A stretch of DNA of 58,005 nucleotides. It comes from a virus. Lineage: Duplodnaviria; Caudoviricetes. Where the stretch lies: positions 1 to 58,005 of the IMG/VR virus record IMGVR_UViG_3300032213_002204, one strand, 5' to 3'. This document shows positions 34,887 through 44,322 of the stretch, piece by piece. A model generated the notes under the pieces. It saw only the letters and a list, made by a program, of their open reading frames with translations, ran no database searches and was not told the origin of the DNA. Position 1 is the stretch's first letter; each line of letters begins with the position of its first letter. The translations under genes were made by a program, and so were the position numbers.

Positions 34887-35333
34887 ATGAATACATCTCT
34901 TTTCCATATTCTAAGCAATGTCCATTACTTAGAATCGACATTAGATGAAAGTGATTCATATTTCTTTTTGCAGGAATACTATACAGAAAATTACATGCAG
35001 TATAAGTATTCTGCTCCTGACATATATTCATTTGATGAGTTCGATATAATGTGCAATAACTTTTGTATGTTTTATGGCAAAGTGAAAGATTCTTCTGGAA
35101 ATTCTTTTTCTAGTCCAATATCTATCAATAGATTCAGATTCATTTTACTTGAAGATGGATCTTACTCAAACTATTATACTATTAGACGTAAAGCCGGATA
35201 CGTAGTAGAAGGTATGTACTGGTCTAATGGCATGTGCTATCAGGTCCGAGAAGACAAGTCTCACGACTTTTCTATATATCAAAAAGTTCTTTTTCTTGAT
35301 AGCTTAACCAAGAATCTTTACCAATATCCTTAG
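34887..35333 (+). CDS. hypothetical protein
   Basis: 148 aa ORF. Confidence 0.6.
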   Translation: MNTSLFHILSNVHYLESTLDESDSYFFLQEYYTENYMQYKYSAPDIYSFDEFDIMCNNFCMFYGKVKDSSGNSFSSPISINRFRFILLEDGSYSNYYTIRRKAGYVVEGMYWSNGMCYQVREDKSHDFSIYQKVLFLDSLTKNLYQYP

Positions 35334-35342
35334 GAGTATAAT

Positions 35343-35600
35343 ATGACTATCCACGCCTCTAGCGATTTTGATAGTTCTTTTATTAAAACTATTGGTTGGG
35401 ATTCTCTTAATAAGAATCTTATGGTTCACTTTAAAAGTGGTTCTTTCTGGATATATCATAATGTTCCTAAAGCAGATTATCTACAGCTCATTGCTGCCCC
35501 CTCGGTGGGCCAATATTTTAATAAAAATATCAGAGATGTCTATTCTTCCCAGAAGTTTAATATTCAAGACTTACTTCCTTTAGAACACTTTTCTTTGTAG
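35343..35600 (+). CDS. KTSC domain protein
   Basis: SSFIKTIGWD...L.VHFKSG..W.Y.NVP...Y..L..APSVGQYFNKNIR. Confidence 0.9.
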   Translation: MTIHASSDFDSSFIKTIGWDSLNKNLMVHFKSGSFWIYHNVPKADYLQLIAAPSVGQYFNKNIRDVYSSQKFNIQDLLPLEHFSL

Positions 35601-35834
35601 AACTTTATTATTATGAAGAAAAAATATTCTAAAAATAGTAAATTTAGGCAGAGTTTTCCCGCTAAGCGTTACCCTTCCAAAACTACTTACATAGATACTG
35701 CCACTACTTCTGCAGACATACATCTTATTGCCTCTGAAGTTTTTGGATCTTCCTATTATATTAGTCATGATATGTTAACGGTTTTATAGATTTTGTGGTA
35801 TACTTGTATAACACTATAAGTACCAGGAGATATC

Positions 35835-36167
35835 ATGTCTGAAGAAAAACCTAGTGAAGTACCTTCTAAAGAGCTTGAGGTAGCGCCCAAAAAAGTTAAT
35901 GTTAAATCTCCCGTTCCTCACAAGCACAAAGTGTATAAGATTGTTTGGCGCGATGCCTTTTCCGAAATGGACGAATGGCATGACACATCAACTGTTGATA
36001 GAGAAGATTATCTTTGCGAGACTATTGGCTACTTAATTGTCAATAACGGCAAGAAGCAATATTATACTATGGCTTCTACTATTACTGCAGATGGCTTTTT
36101 TTGTTGTGTTATCAACATACCTAAAGCTATGGTTATTTCTAAGCAAAGAATTAATATTACTATTTAA
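35835..36167 (+). CDS. phage hypothetical protein
   Basis: AGGAG SD; IVWRDA...CETIGYL...IPKAMV; TGGTATACT at 35796. Confidence 0.65.
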   Translation: MSEEKPSEVPSKELEVAPKKVNVKSPVPHKHKVYKIVWRDAFSEMDEWHDTSTVDREDYLCETIGYLIVNNGKKQYYTMASTITADGFFCCVINIPKAMVISKQRINITI

Positions 36168-36180
36168 CGAAAGAACTTTT

Positions 36181-36582
36181 ATGAACGAAACTTTAACTTG
36201 TACGGTTTGTTCTAAAAAATGGAAAAGAGAAAAACTTCGTGGCCGTAAACCGCTTTTATGCCCTAAGTGCGTAAAAGATCAAAATATACCTTTGCCCGAA
36301 ATTTCTTCAAAACCTTTACCTATTCCTTTGGTTCAATCAGATGTCAAGAATGATTTAATTACTTCTTCAGATTTTACACTTACTCCCGGCAAAGTTTATA
36401 CTGCACTTCACCCTAAGCCTTCTAACTACAAGGACCTTCTCCAGCAGACCAGAAATGGATCAACATGGAAATGTCCGAATTGTAATCATATATTAATACT
36501 AGAAATACCTGTCTCGGACATTCCCACTCATCGCTGTACTCCAAACATGGTTAGCGTAAAATTATATGAGAGAATAAAATGA
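36181..36582 (+). CDS. zinc-finger protein
   Basis: CTVC..CPKC and CPNC..HRC. Confidence 0.65.
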   Translation: MNETLTCTVCSKKWKREKLRGRKPLLCPKCVKDQNIPLPEISSKPLPIPLVQSDVKNDLITSSDFTLTPGKVYTALHPKPSNYKDLLQQTRNGSTWKCPNCNHILILEIPVSDIPTHRCTPNMVSVKLYERIK

Positions 36583-36875
36583 AGCAATACGTAACTAGGT
36601 ATCCAGAAATTAGAATTAAGAATAATTCTACAACCCACAGTATATTGGAATTTTCTAAGTTCTATGCTAGAAAAATTAAGTTCATTGATCTTCAGTATAT
36701 GAATCCTTCTAAGTATAAAACAGAAAAATCTATTCAAAGATCAATTCTGTCCTTAAAGCTTCATGCGCTTATAGATTGTTATGATGATGATTCCTGGGAA
36801 ATTACTTCTAAAGGAATCGCTGTTCTTTATGATATCACTAATAGGAAACCAAACTATCTAGAATCAAAGGATTGA
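36579..36875 (+). CDS. winged-helix-like hypothetical protein
   Basis: LI.......WEITSKGI wing pattern. Confidence 0.5.
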   Translation: MKQYVTRYPEIRIKNNSTTHSILEFSKFYARKIKFIDLQYMNPSKYKTEKSIQRSILSLKLHALIDCYDDDSWEITSKGIAVLYDITNRKPNYLESKD

Positions 36876-37032
36876 AATGAAAGAAGCCTTTTCATTAAAA
36901 TTTAAATTATTATTAAAAAAAATGATTAAGGCTATTAAAGAATTTCAACAGTTATTGAAACTTTGTGAGATGATTATATCTCTTATAGTTTTTTACCTAA
37001 CTAGAAAAAAAGTTAATTTTTCATAAATTTAT

Positions 37033-37105
37033 TCCGAGATAGCTCAGTTGGCAGAGCAGTTGACTGTTAATCAGCGGGTCGCAGGTTCGAGCCCTGCTCT
37101 CGGAG
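37033..37105 (+). tRNA. tRNA-Asn(GTT), no CCA
   Basis: TCCGAGA/TCTCGGA acceptor; GTTGA-CTGTTAA-TCAGC. Confidence 0.95.
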
Positions 37106-37126
37106 CACATTACTTAGGAGGTCCCT

Positions 37127-37642
37127 ATGGGAATGGACGTTTATGGCTTAAAGCCTAAGACTCAAAAAGGTGAATACTTTCGCAATAACGTTTGGTGGTG
37201 GCATCCTTTATGGAGTTATTGTTGTCATATTTCTCCGGAACTAGCTGGCAAGGTGCAAAATGGTCATGATAATTCTGGAGATGGATTAGATGCAGTCGAT
37301 TCTCGCAAACTAGGTTTTATTGTTCAACAATCAGTTACTAATGGCGCAGCCCAAGAATATGTTAATGAATATAATGAAGATACAGCTACCCTTCCTGACG
37401 AACCATGTTTTTGTGTCAAACAATCTTTAATGGATGTATTAGCTATGTCGGCAGATACTCCATTTGTAGAAGTATCAGGAATTCTAAAATCATCAGAAAA
37501 TAAAATTCCTAATCCCGAATGCAAAAATTGCAAAGGTTCTGGAATGCAGCGCAATTGGAATGCTAACTATTACATAGATGTAGATAACATCCAAAACTTT
37601 GCAGAATTTTTAATTGATTGCGGAGGTTTTCAGATATGTTAA
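37127..37642 (+). CDS. phage protein with a DnaJ-type CxxCxGxG motif
   Basis: AGGAGG SD; GEYFRNNVWWWHPLW...CKNCKGSG...FLIDCGGFQIC. Confidence 0.7.
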   Translation: MGMDVYGLKPKTQKGEYFRNNVWWWHPLWSYCCHISPELAGKVQNGHDNSGDGLDAVDSRKLGFIVQQSVTNGAAQEYVNEYNEDTATLPDEPCFCVKQSLMDVLAMSADTPFVEVSGILKSSENKIPNPECKNCKGSGMQRNWNANYYIDVDNIQNFAEFLIDCGGFQIC

Positions 37643-37896
37643 ATCATCCAGTATGTCCAAGATGTCTTGGCTATATTCCTAACAATCTTATTCCCGGACA
37701 ATACATGGGCGCTCTTTCCCGTGTAGTTAATGAGGAAATTTGTTCAGATTGCGGAGTAGAAGAAGCCGTAGTAGCTCTTATTCCTAGAGATCAATGGCCA
37801 GTTAGTCGTTATGACCACAAGTATACGTCAGATGCCCGCTTTCGCTGGCTCGAAAGAATCCATTTGGAGGAAGAAAATGAAGAGAAAGTCTCTTAA
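37636..37896 (+). CDS. hypothetical zinc-ribbon protein
   Basis: GGAGG SD; CPRC...ALSR...ICSDCG. Confidence 0.65.
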   Translation: MLNHPVCPRCLGYIPNNLIPGQYMGALSRVVNEEICSDCGVEEAVVALIPRDQWPVSRYDHKYTSDARFRWLERIHLEEENEEKVS

Positions 37897-37986
37897 GGAC
37901 ATGCCAATAATAGTTTATATATCACTTGCCTGTGTGGCGGTAGCTACTGTTGCCAGAGCTATCTATCGTAAAGTTAAAGATTACTG

Positions 37987-38232
37987 ATGGACTATCTTGC
38001 TATGAAGCAAGCGATGATTAACGCTCTTCAACAGCAAGTTGTAACACTTGAAAATAATATTAAATATTTATCTGATCTTAATGACGATACAGTTTTAGTT
38101 GGCAACTGCCTAGCAGAGTCTTTAAAAATTATCATTTCTGGAAAACATACTAGTGATGATTTAGAATATGCACAGGACGTTTTGCAGATTTGGAATGATC
38201 ACTATGCAGGCAATTGCGAAGACTGCAAATAA
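37987..38232 (+). CDS. hypothetical protein
   Basis: ORF track. Confidence 0.55.
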   Translation: MDYLAMKQAMINALQQQVVTLENNIKYLSDLNDDTVLVGNCLAESLKIIISGKHTSDDLEYAQDVLQIWNDHYAGNCEDCK

Positions 38233-38479
38233 AGACGCAATTAAGAGTATTGTAGACTCTAATCTTTTGTTGGGATTAGATGGCGCGCTTCAAAGAATTA
38301 CAATTGAGATATGCAAACTTTACAATGTCCCTGCCCCTATGCTGTCAAATGACAAATGTGCAGAAATAGTTAAATTCTTAGATGCTCATAATCTTTTTTT
38401 ATTAAGAGATTCTGTCAATACAGTTGCTAGGATACTCCCTATTACTAGAGTAACTATTTATAAGTATATGAGGATTTAA
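38168..38479 (+). CDS. YheO/DauR-type C-terminal HTH protein
   Basis: IVKFLD..NLFLLRDSVNTVARIL.ITRVTIYKYM. Confidence 0.75.
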   Translation: MHRTFCRFGMITMQAIAKTANKDAIKSIVDSNLLLGLDGALQRITIEICKLYNVPAPMLSNDKCAEIVKFLDAHNLFLLRDSVNTVARILPITRVTIYKYMRI

Positions 38480-38480
38480 A

Positions 38481-38759
38481 ATGAGAAATCGTCCCAAGAC
38501 TGGTTCATTCTGGTCTCGCACTTTAAGTGAAGCTAGAAATGCTAAAGGTTGGACTACGATACCCAGAACCTATAGCATGCGTACTGCTCGTCAATTAGCC
38601 TCAGATATTCGCTGCGCACATAAAAGACCAGCCTCAATAGATCTTGCTGGCGTTCGTCCCGGAGAGATTTGGGAAGCCAAGTGGAGAGCTCCCTATGATC
38701 AATCTAAAAGATATGATTGCACAGTCTCCATACGTCTGGTAGAATCATCTCCAGTATAA
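38481..38759 (+). CDS. hypothetical protein
   Basis: GAGG SD. Confidence 0.6.
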   Translation: MRNRPKTGSFWSRTLSEARNAKGWTTIPRTYSMRTARQLASDIRCAHKRPASIDLAGVRPGEIWEAKWRAPYDQSKRYDCTVSIRLVESSPV

Positions 38760-38768
38760 TACATAGGA

Positions 38769-39011
38769 GTGATTATGTTTCGTGAGCCATTTGAAGAACC
38801 TGACCAAGAAGATTTAATTTCTTCCGCAGAGGATGTTGTTTACACTCTTCTCGATGAGCGTGATGCGTTAATTAAAGAACGTGATCTATTTAAAAAAATA
38901 GCTCATGATCTTTATATGGCTATGGCTAGAATAGACATGCCTCGGCAGTATCGCGAGAAATGCATTCCTGCTATGAATTCCTATCTGGAGGCATTCAGTG
39001 GAACACAGTGA
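38769..39011 (+). CDS. hypothetical protein
   Basis: AGGAG SD. Confidence 0.55.
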   Translation: MIMFREPFEEPDQEDLISSAEDVVYTLLDERDALIKERDLFKKIAHDLYMAMARIDMPRQYREKCIPAMNSYLEAFSGTQ

Positions 39012-39180
39012 TTTTATTGAACTAGAATGTAGACGTTTTAATAAATGTAAAACACTCATTCAAATATCTGCCGTTGAATACGACAGACGTAAAGAAAAAT
39101 TTGGCGAAGACTACAAACCATGGTGCGGTCCCTGCACTTATGAAGAAGATAAAAAGTATCGCACATACCATTCAGACTAG
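38998..39180 (+). CDS. hypothetical Cys-containing protein
   Basis: GGAGG SD; GTG start. Confidence 0.5.
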   Translation: MEHSDFIELECRRFNKCKTLIQISAVEYDRRKEKFGEDYKPWCGPCTYEEDKKYRTYHSD

Positions 39181-39188
39181 GAGTCATT

Positions 39189-39278
39189 ATGAGTTTTTTC
39201 ACAGGATTCTTTTTTGCTACAACTATAATATTGGGTAATTTTGTAGTTATCAAACATTATTTAGATAAAGGCAAATAA
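39189..39278 (+). CDS. 29 aa single-TM microprotein
   Basis: AGGAG SD; MSFFTGFFFATTIILGNFVVIKHYLDKGK; TAATG coupling. Confidence 0.6.
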   Translation: MSFFTGFFFATTIILGNFVVIKHYLDKGK

Positions 39279-39496
39279 TGAATGAGTCACATTCAATTAT
39301 CCAAGATTTACAAGTTTCACTTTCCCGCGCACAAGAAAATTCAAAGTTTTGGGAAAGAGAATCTAAACGTTGGAAAATCGTAGCTGAAGAATATTTTAGA
39401 ATGTGGTATAACGACCTTAGCGGAATCATGGTTACAGACGAACAAGTTAATCATGAAATGTCTATGTTCTATCAAGAAAAATTTGAGGACGACTAA
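39278..39496 (+). CDS. hypothetical protein
   Basis: ORF track. Confidence 0.55.
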   Translation: MNESHSIIQDLQVSLSRAQENSKFWERESKRWKIVAEEYFRMWYNDLSGIMVTDEQVNHEMSMFYQEKFEDD

Positions 39497-39697
39497 ATGG
39501 CTTATGGTAAATATCCTGCTAAATATGAAAAGCCAAGAATTGTCACTGCAGATTATTTAGTTAGGAAATGGCAAAACATTGGAGTACTTGGTTCTCGTTT
39601 AGCCATGGCCATTGAATGTAATGCGCCGCAAAATGAAATTAATAAACTAGCTAAGCAGTACAATGAGATGTATGCTGAAGCCATTAATAAAACTTAG
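39497..39697 (+). CDS. hypothetical protein
   Basis: GAGG SD. Confidence 0.55.
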   Translation: MAYGKYPAKYEKPRIVTADYLVRKWQNIGVLGSRLAMAIECNAPQNEINKLAKQYNEMYAEAINKT

Positions 39698-39943
39698 GAG
39701 TATGTCATGAAAACATGGAGAGACATTGGTGCTGAAAACGCCAAAATTGCAAATGAAGAAATGCGCCTTAAGAGCGAAGCTATAAAAGCTTCTTCTCAAA
39801 CTGCCAGCCTTGCACAAATATGTGCAGATGTTTCAGATATTAAAGTTCTTTTAAAGGAATTAATTAACCATCTTAAAAGAATGTAATCATTTTATTGTAC
39901 AAACAAATAGATAGATAAAATCCACCTATAAGGAGATATTACC

Positions 39944-40285
39944 ATGGCCATTCAACCCAGCGTTGAAACTATGATCCAGTCCAATCCGAGGAAGTATGCT
40001 CTTGCAGAGCCATCAAAGCTTCTTACTCGCATCAAGGGTGAGCCACCCATGAATACCGGTAAGGGTCGTCGTCGCAATCCTGTTATTACCAATATTTACA
40101 ATGAGCTCATCACCAACCGTAATGAATGGTTCCACGTCAATATTCCGATAACATCGAAGCAGCAGCTTGCTTCACTTCGTTCATCCTTGTGCAGCCGCGC
40201 ATTGAAAGACAATTTGACTCTTTCAACATCTTCACTCTTCAATGAGGCAACAAAGATGTTTGATCTTTGGGTTACCCTTAGCTAA
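39944..40285 (+). CDS. basic hypothetical protein
   Basis: AAGGAG SD. Confidence 0.7.
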   Translation: MAIQPSVETMIQSNPRKYALAEPSKLLTRIKGEPPMNTGKGRRRNPVITNIYNELITNRNEWFHVNIPITSKQQLASLRSSLCSRALKDNLTLSTSSLFNEATKMFDLWVTLS

Positions 40286-40453
40286 TATCATTTCTCAGGG
40301 TTACTATCTTCATTGAATCCTTAAATTAAGGAAGGTGTACCTTGGAAAAATATTACATAGAAGTAACAAGATTAGTGTGCATAGAAGCGCAAGATCTCAG
40401 TGAGGCAACTACTCTTGCGCTCTACGCCACTCAATATCCTGACGACTTAGAAG

Positions 40454-40789
40454 GTGTTCATTATGTCAACTACAGATTCCACCATTCATCCAGTTATTTT
40501 GACTTGGATGGACAAAGCGATATGTAAAAATGAAGGCTCTTTGTTTTTCCCTTCATTGTCAGAAAGACCTCAGGCCCGCAAAAGAAGAGAGACTGAGGCA
40601 AAGCTCATTTGTGCACAGTGTCCAGTTAGGGTTGAGTGCAGAGACTATGCTCGAACCAATGGAGAGTATGGAGTCTGGGGCGGAGAATCTGAAATGGACA
40701 GAGAAAAACTTGGATATGCACTACCTCCAAAGTATGTTGCTCGTTCCCGCAAAGTTCGTCAGCTTCAGCAAAAAGATGATATAATATAA
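40454..40789 (+). CDS. whiB: WhiB-family transcription regulator
   Basis: W...AIC...FFP...AKLICAQCPVRVECRDYA...YGVWGG. Confidence 0.93.
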   Translation: MFIMSTTDSTIHPVILTWMDKAICKNEGSLFFPSLSERPQARKRRETEAKLICAQCPVRVECRDYARTNGEYGVWGGESEMDREKLGYALPPKYVARSRKVRQLQQKDDII

Positions 40790-40792
40790 CTC

Positions 40793-41091
40793 ATGCATTC
40801 GGAATTTTTTAGAGGACTATTTACAGGAATGGAGATAATGATAGCCAGCTGGGTTGTCATTAAAGTTCTATCTAAATTTTTCCCTAATGACCCAGAGGAG
40901 TAATAATGGGTGATTTTATATTTGGCCTATTCTTGGCAACGATGATGATATTTATTCCTTGGCTATTTTTTGGTAGAGATTAAACTATTATGACCAGTTT
41001 ATTTTTTATCATTCCATTATCTATTGTTTTTTTTACTTTAACCATTGGAACTCCAGCTTTAATTATCTGGTATTTTTTTGGTAAAGATTAA
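40793..41091 (+). CDS. three tandem single-TM microproteins (40793-40903, 40906-40983, 40990-41091)
   Basis: 36, 25 and 33 aa hydrophobic ORFs; the first starts 7 nt after TGATATAAT; the last two end WLFFGRD and WYFFGKD. Confidence 0.55.
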
Positions 41092-41149
41092 TTTTTTATC
41101 GTTCATACAAAAAAGAGTTTTTTAATATAGACCTTAGATCGGGGCCCCA

Positions 41150-41503
41150 ATGGGAATGTTTGATTCAGTATATGTTGAATATGATCTTCCAGAGATCCTA
41201 TTGGAAGACCAGGAAGTCTTGTTCTTCCCGGGACATGAGTACCAAACCAAAGATATGCACTGCATGCTAGATAGCTATTTGATATCTAGTGTAGGTAAAC
41301 TATTGTATCGAGAAGGTACTTGGTCTGGCAAGCGTGACCTTGAATTATCCGCATATAAAGATACTGAATTCCACGGAATCTTACACTTCTATTCTTCAGC
41401 TGTCTTAGCTAGTGGAAATAGATACTTTATTAATTACTTTGCGAAGTTCACAGATGGTATAATAGTGAATATCAAATATGAAGTAGAGGATTTAAACAAG
41501 TGA
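41150..41503 (+). CDS. phage hypothetical protein
   Basis: MGMFDSV...YQTKD.HC.L..Y...FHG...FY...AKFTDG. Confidence 0.7.
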   Translation: MGMFDSVYVEYDLPEILLEDQEVLFFPGHEYQTKDMHCMLDSYLISSVGKLLYREGTWSGKRDLELSAYKDTEFHGILHFYSSAVLASGNRYFINYFAKFTDGIIVNIKYEVEDLNK

Positions 41504-41727
41504 CATTTAATGAATGGCTCCAAATCGGCATTGATAACAGATGGTGTGGTCCGGCTATTTGCGAGACCCATGATAGCCTACCCCTTACGGAGGATGAGTC
41601 AGAGATGATATGGAGTGGAGATGATCCCTGTATCCACATTATACGCCTCTATGAGAGCCCCGAACACGCTGAGGCTATAGAGCAGTCACATTCTCCATCT
41701 ATGTGGAGAAAACCCTATATAGGGTAA
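41500..41727 (+). CDS. phage hypothetical protein
   Basis: GAGG SD; WCGPAICETHD...GDDPCIHIIRLY. Confidence 0.65.
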   Translation: MTFNEWLQIGIDNRWCGPAICETHDSLPLTEDESEMIWSGDDPCIHIIRLYESPEHAEAIEQSHSPSMWRKPYIG

Positions 41728-41786
41728 ATTTGAAAAAAAATTTTGAAGGCCAAATTCGTTTTAGAAGAAAGTTTAGTTTTTGGAAA

Positions 41787-42395
41787 ATGAATATTAATAT
41801 TGAATCTTTAATAAATTTAAATATATTTACAACAAAACTGTTAGATATTGATAATAATTTTTTGTCTAAAAATATATTAGATAATTTAAACACCCCAAAT
41901 GTGCCAGGATTTTTAGAATCACATAATCATACTTATCACGAAGATACTATTTTAAATGAATCTGAAGAATTAAATAAATTAATAACAGAAATAGCAATTT
42001 TTGCAGGAGATGTAACCAGCAGGAAATATATTTTAGAATCAATTTGGGGACTTGTCTTAAATAAGGGACAGTCAGTTATGATGCACACACATAAATCCAA
42101 TAGGCATATGCACCCGGAGGAATATTATTCAATTGCATATTACCCACAGGTTCCAGAAGGTTCAGCTGACTTGATATTTTCATTAAATTATTGTAATATA
42201 ATTGAGGAAGTAAAAAGAATCAAGCCAGAAGAAGGTCTGCTAGTTATGTTTAATTCTTACATACCACACATGACAAGTGATCATAAGTCGCAAATTCCAA
42301 GAATTGTGATAAGTGCAAATATTGCACCGGAAAATCCAAACACAGAAATAGTACCAGATTGGTCTCCATATAAACTAAGGAATAGCAATGAATAA
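41787..42395 (+). CDS. 2OG-Fe(II) oxygenase-like protein
   Basis: W......HTH, SIAYY, PEEG.LVMFNSYIPH, RIVISAN. Confidence 0.8.
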   Translation: MNINIESLINLNIFTTKLLDIDNNFLSKNILDNLNTPNVPGFLESHNHTYHEDTILNESEELNKLITEIAIFAGDVTSRKYILESIWGLVLNKGQSVMMHTHKSNRHMHPEEYYSIAYYPQVPEGSADLIFSLNYCNIIEEVKRIKPEEGLLVMFNSYIPHMTSDHKSQIPRIVISANIAPENPNTEIVPDWSPYKLRNSNE

Positions 42396-42565
42396 CAATG
42401 TTATGTTTTGTTCAGATCCATATGCGCAAAGCGCAGAATATTATTATGATATTGATTTTAAATATAAAATAATAGCTATAGATAATCTAAATAATATAAT
42501 TGACGAAGCCGCAAAAGAATTCGTTATTCAATGCTCAAGTAACGCACTAGCCTAAGGTTGACCGG

Positions 42566-43246
42566 ATGTTTCTTTTGGATAATTTTATTAAAGATGATCA
42601 ATTAATCTCTGCTATTAAATCTGACAAAGATTTTTTTCCAGATACATCAGATGTAGATAATATTGGTCAATACAATAATCATTTTCATAGTGGTATGTCG
42701 TCATGTCACGCTCCCTACATGTTTTGGGATGGTTGGTGGTCTTCACCAGCTAATACCCTGAGGAAAAAGGTTATTGAAAAAATATGGACCCATACTGATA
42801 CCTTACCAATTTCAATAAAAGAAGTTTGTGGATTTGAGTATTGGTGTAGGACTTTTAAGGAAGGGCAATATTTAGATGTTCATGTGGATGAAGACACATT
42901 TGCCTACTCTAAAGATAAGACATTTAATGCCCCTGTTTATGGGGCAATTTGGTACGGTTTTTCAGAATGCCAAGAAGGTGGATTTTTAGAGATTCATAAG
43001 AATAGCATAGAAGGTTTTCCAAAAAATATATTAGAAAAAGAAAATTTTAATAACTTTATTTCTAGTGCAAATGAAAAAGAAAGAATAGCTTACGTTCCAA
43101 ATAGATTAATAACATTTGATGCCGGAAGACGCGTGCACGAAACTACCAAAATTGTTTCCGGAACTAGGCAAGTTATGGTTATTAATATTTGGCATAAGGA
43201 TTGTCCGCCATCGGCATTAAGAACCGGTGAGTTCTATTATGAATGA
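42566..43246 (+). CDS. 2OG-Fe(II) oxygenase-like protein
   Basis: GFEYW, HVDED, GGFLEI, PNRLITFD...H, R. Confidence 0.8.
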   Translation: MFLLDNFIKDDQLISAIKSDKDFFPDTSDVDNIGQYNNHFHSGMSSCHAPYMFWDGWWSSPANTLRKKVIEKIWTHTDTLPISIKEVCGFEYWCRTFKEGQYLDVHVDEDTFAYSKDKTFNAPVYGAIWYGFSECQEGGFLEIHKNSIEGFPKNILEKENFNNFISSANEKERIAYVPNRLITFDAGRRVHETTKIVSGTRQVMVINIWHKDCPPSALRTGEFYYE

Positions 43247-43757
43247 TGTATTTATTATTAATAACTTTTATAAAAACTGTGACGAAATTTTACAACATAT
43301 ATCTTTTAATCAGAATCTATACACCTTTCATCAAGGAGATAATGCCTATAATTACAGTAGTTTTCCAGAAACAAATGATATAGATTTAATTATTGATTTT
43401 TGTGATAGCATAAGGTATGAAATACAAGACAAATATAATGTTAAATTAAAAAGTAGGAATCATCTTAATGCGTTAATTTATTTAATCGGAGGGCAAAAGG
43501 GTCCACACACAGATGAGTACCATAATGCCGATGACTTAGTCAATAGAAAAAAAATACATGTATATAGTTCAGTTTATTACCCCAATGATGATTACGTTGG
43601 TGGTGAGCTATGTTTTCCAAATATTAATTTAAAAATTAAACCAGAAAAAAATTCTTTAGTTCTTTTCCCTTGCGAATATTTACATTACGTAGAGAAAATA
43701 ACATCAGGAAATAAAATATCAATCACTCACTTTTGGGAGCTTTCAAATGAATTATAA
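43227..43757 (+). CDS. prolyl-4-hydroxylase-like 2OG-Fe(II) oxygenase
   Basis: HTD, YPNDDYVGGELCF, KP..LVLFP...HYV. Confidence 0.85.
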   Translation: MSSIMNDVFIINNFYKNCDEILQHISFNQNLYTFHQGDNAYNYSSFPETNDIDLIIDFCDSIRYEIQDKYNVKLKSRNHLNALIYLIGGQKGPHTDEYHNADDLVNRKKIHVYSSVYYPNDDYVGGELCFPNINLKIKPEKNSLVLFPCEYLHYVEKITSGNKISITHFWELSNEL

Positions 43758-44322
43758 AGGATCTAGTGGACAAGAGCAATTTGTTCTAGAATTATTAAAC
43801 TATAAAAAAAATGGATACTATGTGGAGCTTGGAGCATTTCATTCCACGTTGGGTAGCAATACATATCATTTGGAAAATGATTATGATTGGAATGGTGTCT
43901 CTTTTGAAATAGACGAAAAAAGAAAAGAAGAATTTATTTCAAATAGAAAAAATCCATGTGCCGGAGACGCGTTAAAGTTTAATTATATATCTTATTTTGA
44001 AGAAAATAATTTTCCAAAACAAATAGATTATTTACAAGTAGACATAGATAATGGCTACGATATAGATTGTAAACCCTTTGGCAATCATTACACTACATTA
44101 TTAGGATTGATTAGTGTTCCATTAAGTTTGTATAGATTCACAATTATAACTTTTGAACATGACACAAATATGTACTTTAGAAATAAAGGAATGCGTGACG
44201 CGCAGAGAGAGATTTTAGACTGCCTAGGGTATACGCTTGTAGTGAGAGAACAGCACGAAGACTGGTGGGTAGACTCAAATGTAATACCAATTAATACATA
44301 CAGAAAATATCTTAGATCCTAA
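43747..44322 (+). CDS. FkbM-family methyltransferase-like protein
   Basis: GYYVELGA...SNTY.LE...WNGVSFE, IDYLQVDID, ITFEHD, EDWWV. Confidence 0.8.
   Translation: MNYKGSSGQEQFVLELLNYKKNGYYVELGAFHSTLGSNTYHLENDYDWNGVSFEIDEKRKEEFISNRKNPCAGDALKFNYISYFEENNFPKQIDYLQVDIDNGYDIDCKPFGNHYTTLLGLISVPLSLYRFTIITFEHDTNMYFRNKGMRDAQREILDCLGYTLVVREQHEDWWVDSNVIPINTYRKYLRS

Noticed and set aside
2923-37105. tRNAs as prophage attachment sites
   Set aside because: No integrase and no duplicated tRNA 3' ends are visible in the window.
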